Source of the DNA: Sulfurovum sp.
Lineage (GTDB): Bacteria > Campylobacterota > Campylobacteria > Campylobacterales > Sulfurovaceae
Reading direction: 5' to 3'
NCBI RefSeq assembly: GCF_041551015.1
Contig: NZ_JBFENQ010000001.1
Span: 1 to 41,556 of the forward strand
DNA: 41,556 bases
The position numbers and the translations under genes were made by a program. Under the pieces are notes generated by a model. That model searched no databases. It saw nothing but the letters and a program-made list of their open reading frames with translations, and had not been told where the DNA came from. This document shows, one piece after another, positions 38,342 through 41,556 of the stretch (positions within the stretch are counted from its first letter, which is position 1; each line of letters begins with the position of its first letter).

Positions 38342-41300
38342 TATCACTTTTTAAAATCGCTGGATTTACACCTTATATACTTATTATACTACTCAATGCC
38401 ATGACCGACCTGGGACACAAGATCATTTTACAAAACACTATTTTCAAAGCGTATGAAGGTCCAGAGCTCATCATACTCACTGCCATAGTTAATGCTTTGA
38501 TACTTTTACCTTTTATCTTCCTCTTCTCTCCAGCTGGTTTCATCTCTGACAAATACCCTAAAACAATGGTCATAGAATATGCATCAATGGCTGCCATAGG
38601 TATCACTACGATGATACTTATCTCTTATTATATGGGTTGGTTTTGGATAGCATTTGGTTTGACCTTTGTTCTGGCTGCACAAAGTGCTATCTATTCCCCC
38701 GCAAAATATGGACTTATTAAAGAGATGACAGGCAATGAACATCTGGCTGAGGCAAATGCCCTGGTACAAGCTGTGACCATCGCATCTATCCTTGCCGGTG
38801 CAGTGATCTACTCGATTTTCTTTGAAAGTCTACTGCAAGATGCCAGTACTGTTCCTACAGTAATTCTCACCTATATTGCACCTGTGGGATACCTGCTTAT
38901 AGGTGCCAGTTCCATAGAATACCTTTTGGCTAAACGACTGGTAAGAAAGTTCAAGGCTGTCGATATCAATGAGAGTATGACCTTTGATGCTAAAGAGTAT
39001 AAGAACCTTTCTTATTTAAGACAGAACCTTTCTGTCATAAAACAAAACGAAACGATTTGGTTAAGTATCATCGGACTCTCTATACTTTGGGGTGTTTCAC
39101 AAGTGGTATTAGCCATATTTGGAGAGCACCTCAAAAGCACACTAGGCATTACAAATACTATTACGGCACAAGGCTTATTAGCACTCGCCGGAATAGGTAT
39201 GATACTGGGTTCAATGTTTGCAGGTCGTGTAAGTAAAAACTACATAGAGACAGGTATCATACCTCTAGGAAGTCTTGGTGTAGCCCTTGCACTCTATATG
39301 ATTCCTTCTCTTGATTCTTTATGGTCATTAGGTACAGCCATTTTGTCTTTTGGTTTCTTTTCAGGCCTTTTCATTGTTCCACTGAATGCTATGATCCAGT
39401 TCTCATCACCTCACAATATACTAGGTAAGATCCTCGCAGGTAATAACTTTATGCAAAATGTGAGTATGTTTCTGTTTTTACTTTTAACTGCCATTTTTGG
39501 ATACTTTCAATTTTCTTCTATAGGATTATTCTATATCATTTCTACTATCGCTTTCATAGGGATGGTATATACTTTTATCAAACTGCCACAGTCACTCATA
39601 CGTTATATTGTCCGTATGATTATAGGGCTTAAGTACACTTTGCATGTTGATGGTCTTAACCATATAAAAGCAGATAAAGGCATACTTCTTTTAGGTAACC
39701 ACGTATCATTTTTAGACTGGGCTGTCTTACAGATGGCATACCCAAAACAGATACGTTTTGTCATGGAAAGATCTTACTATGAAAAGTGGTACCTCAAACC
39801 ATTTTTAGACTTTTTTGGGGTGATCCCCATCTCTAGCAGAGGAAGTAAAAGTGCTCTTCTAAAAGTGACAGAAGCACTGAACCGTGGTGAAACAGTAGCA
39901 CTTTTCCCAGAGGGTCACCTCTCGCGTAACGGACACTTAGGTGCATTTCAAAGAGGATTTGAAATGGCAACCAAAGAGGTAGAAGATGCAGTGATCATAC
40001 CTTTTTATCTTAGAGGGCTTTGGGAAGACAACTTCTCTTACGCATCAAATAAAATGAAACGTAACAAGAATAGAGACATCTCTGTGAGTTTTGCAGAGGC
40101 TATAGATATTCACTCCACTGCTTCACAAGTCAAGAAATCGGTATTTGATCTCTCTGTTAAAAGCTGGAAGTACTATGCAGAGTCTTTACCTTCATTGCAA
40201 AAAGCATGGATACACTCTGCTAAAAATGTCAGTTCAAAACTTTGCATGACAGATTCCACAGGTGTAGAAATGAGTGGAGATAAATTTATCACTGCAACAT
40301 TTATGATGGCTTCTTCACTCAAACCAAAACTAAAAGAAAGTCAAAATATAGGTCTACTCTTACCCACATCTGTTGGAGGTTCTATGGGAAATATGGCTTT
40401 ACTTACATTAGGAAAGACCATAGTTAACCTGAACTATTCTAGTGGAGAAGAAAGTCTATTACATGCACTTAAGATAGCCAACATCACTAAAGTCGTTGCT
40501 TCAAAACAGTTTATAACAAAACTCAAAGCTAAAGGTTTTGATATGACGAATGTACTTAAAAATGTTGAAGTCATCTATCTTGAAGAGATTAAAGAGAGTA
40601 TGAGTAAGACCAAAGGACTCTTCACTCTTATAATGGTAAAAGTATTACCGGCATGGCTACTAAGTATTGTATTTATTAAAGATAACAACAAAGATGACAC
40701 TGCTGCTATACTCTTTTCCAGTGGAAGTGAAGGTACACCAAAAGGCATAGAGTTAAGCCATAAAAACATTATGGGAAACATTAAACAGACTACGACCCTA
40801 CTCAATCCTACAGATGAAGATGTGATGTTAGGGACATTACCTATTTTCCATTCATTTGGATTAACAGTAACGACGCTGTTACCTCTTATAGAAGGTATTC
40901 CTGTTGCGTCCCATCCAGACCCTACAGATGGATTTGGCATAGGAAAAATAGCAGCAAAATATGAAGCAACTATCTTATTGGCAACAGCTACATTCCTTAG
41001 ACTCTATACAAGAAACCGTAAACTTACACCACTCATGTTAAAAGATATACGTATGGTAGTTGCCGGTGCAGAGAAACTGCCTCAAGAGATACGAGATGAG
41101 TTTAAAAAGAAGTTTGGTCATGAGATCTATGAAGGATATGGTGCAACAGAAACCACACCAGTGGCTTCAGGGAATATGCCTGATGTACTTATGTTGGACT
41201 CATGGAAACCACAAGTAGGTCAAAAGATAGGTACAGTTGGTCTACCGCTGCCTGGTTCTACATTTCGCATTGTAGACCCTGAGAGTTTTGAGGAGCTTGA

Positions 41301-41556
41301 GACAGATGAAGAAGGCATGATACTCATAGGTGGTACACAGATCATGAAAGGCTACATCGGTGATCCTGAAAGAACAGCATCTGTCATTAAAGAGATAGAT
41401 GGCATCAGATGGTACGTCACAGGAGATAAAGGCCGTTTAGATGAAGATGGTTTCCTCACTATAGTTGACCGTTACAGCCGCTTTGCAAAAATAGCTGGAG
41501 AGATGGTCAGTCTCGGACTTGTCGAAGGTGAAGTCAGAAAGATACTCGGAGAAGAA
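38338..41556 (+). CDS. aas: MFS (LplT-like)-acyltransferase-acyl-ACP synthetase fusion Aas (3' end truncated)
   Basis: Not in the ORF track (runs off the edge). Hand translation: MISLFKIAGF.., AQSAIYSPAKYG (MFS), NHVSFLDW and FPEG (PlsC), LFSSGSEGTPKG, YEGYGATET and TGDKG (AMP-binding). ATGA overlap with merR. Confidence 0.93.
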   Translation, partial: MISLFKIAGFTPYILIILLNAMTDLGHKIILQNTIFKAYEGPELIILTAIVNALILLPFIFLFSPAGFISDKYPKTMVIEYASMAAIGITTMILISYYMGWFWIAFGLTFVLAAQSAIYSPAKYGLIKEMTGNEHLAEANALVQAVTIASILAGAVIYSIFFESLLQDASTVPTVILTYIAPVGYLLIGASSIEYLLAKRLVRKFKAVDINESMTFDAKEYKNLSYLRQNLSVIKQNETIWLSIIGLSILWGVSQVVLAIFGEHLKSTLGITNTITAQGLLALAGIGMILGSMFAGRVSKNYIETGIIPLGSLGVALALYMIPSLDSLWSLGTAILSFGFFSGLFIVPLNAMIQFSSPHNILGKILAGNNFMQNVSMFLFLLLTAIFGYFQFSSIGLFYIISTIAFIGMVYTFIKLPQSLIRYIVRMIIGLKYTLHVDGLNHIKADKGILLLGNHVSFLDWAVLQMAYPKQIRFVMERSYYEKWYLKPFLDFFGVIPISSRGSKSALLKVTEALNRGETVALFPEGHLSRNGHLGAFQRGFEMATKEVEDAVIIPFYLRGLWEDNFSYASNKMKRNKNRDISVSFAEAIDIHSTASQVKKSVFDLSVKSWKYYAESLPSLQKAWIHSAKNVSSKLCMTDSTGVEMSGDKFITATFMMASSLKPKLKESQNIGLLLPTSVGGSMGNMALLTLGKTIVNLNYSSGEESLLHALKIANITKVVASKQFITKLKAKGFDMTNVLKNVEVIYLEEIKESMSKTKGLFTLIMVKVLPAWLLSIVFIKDNNKDDTAAILFSSGSEGTPKGIELSHKNIMGNIKQTTTLLNPTDEDVMLGTLPIFHSFGLTVTTLLPLIEGIPVASHPDPTDGFGIGKIAAKYEATILLATATFLRLYTRNRKLTPLMLKDIRMVVAGAEKLPQEIRDEFKKKFGHEIYEGYGATETTPVASGNMPDVLMLDSWKPQVGQKIGTVGLPLPGSTFRIVDPESFEELETDEEGMILIGGTQIMKGYIGDPERTASVIKEIDGIRWYVTGDKGRLDEDGFLTIVDRYSRFAKIAGEMVSLGLVEGEVRKILGEE

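Overview
AT-rich Campylobacterota chromosome segment. Gene content and synteny suggest a Sulfurovum/Sulfurimonas-like chemolithotroph (inference). Bases 1-14600 hold a minus-strand hydrogen-oxidation cluster: TetR regulator, a cytoplasmic group 2-type [NiFe]-hydrogenase pair, a membrane monoheme cytochrome c-like protein, membrane-bound group 1b hydABC, hydD, hydE, a standalone Aer-like PAS protein, a YeeE/YedE transporter and hypF (runs off the edge). The rest is mostly housekeeping: acnB, ftsK, an NDH-2-like oxidoreductase, tRNA-Leu, two tRNA-Gly, ubiX-coaD-tmk-hisS, an antisense Mla/Pqi-type ABC operon, speA-cysE-aspB, DedA, an AEC transporter, carboxy(nor)spermidine dehydrogenase, ElyC/YdcF, DUF2461-like, MerR and a large MFS-Aas fusion (runs off the edge). 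The most striking unexplained element is the hydD-hydE intergenic region (5898-6362). It is filled by a tandem array of three units at ~165-bp period. Each unit is a conserved inverted-repeat stem enclosing an unrelated ~90-nt insert, with compensatory changes, an invariant G-G mismatch and wobbles that work only on the operon's sense strand. This looks like an array of processed structured RNAs embedded in the hydrogenase mRNA. Also notable: four TGAAT-N4-ATTCA operators bracketing two promoters (probable TetR regulon), and a HydD protease lacking two of its three canonical metal ligands. No tools were run; all calls come from reading the sequence and the ORF track.
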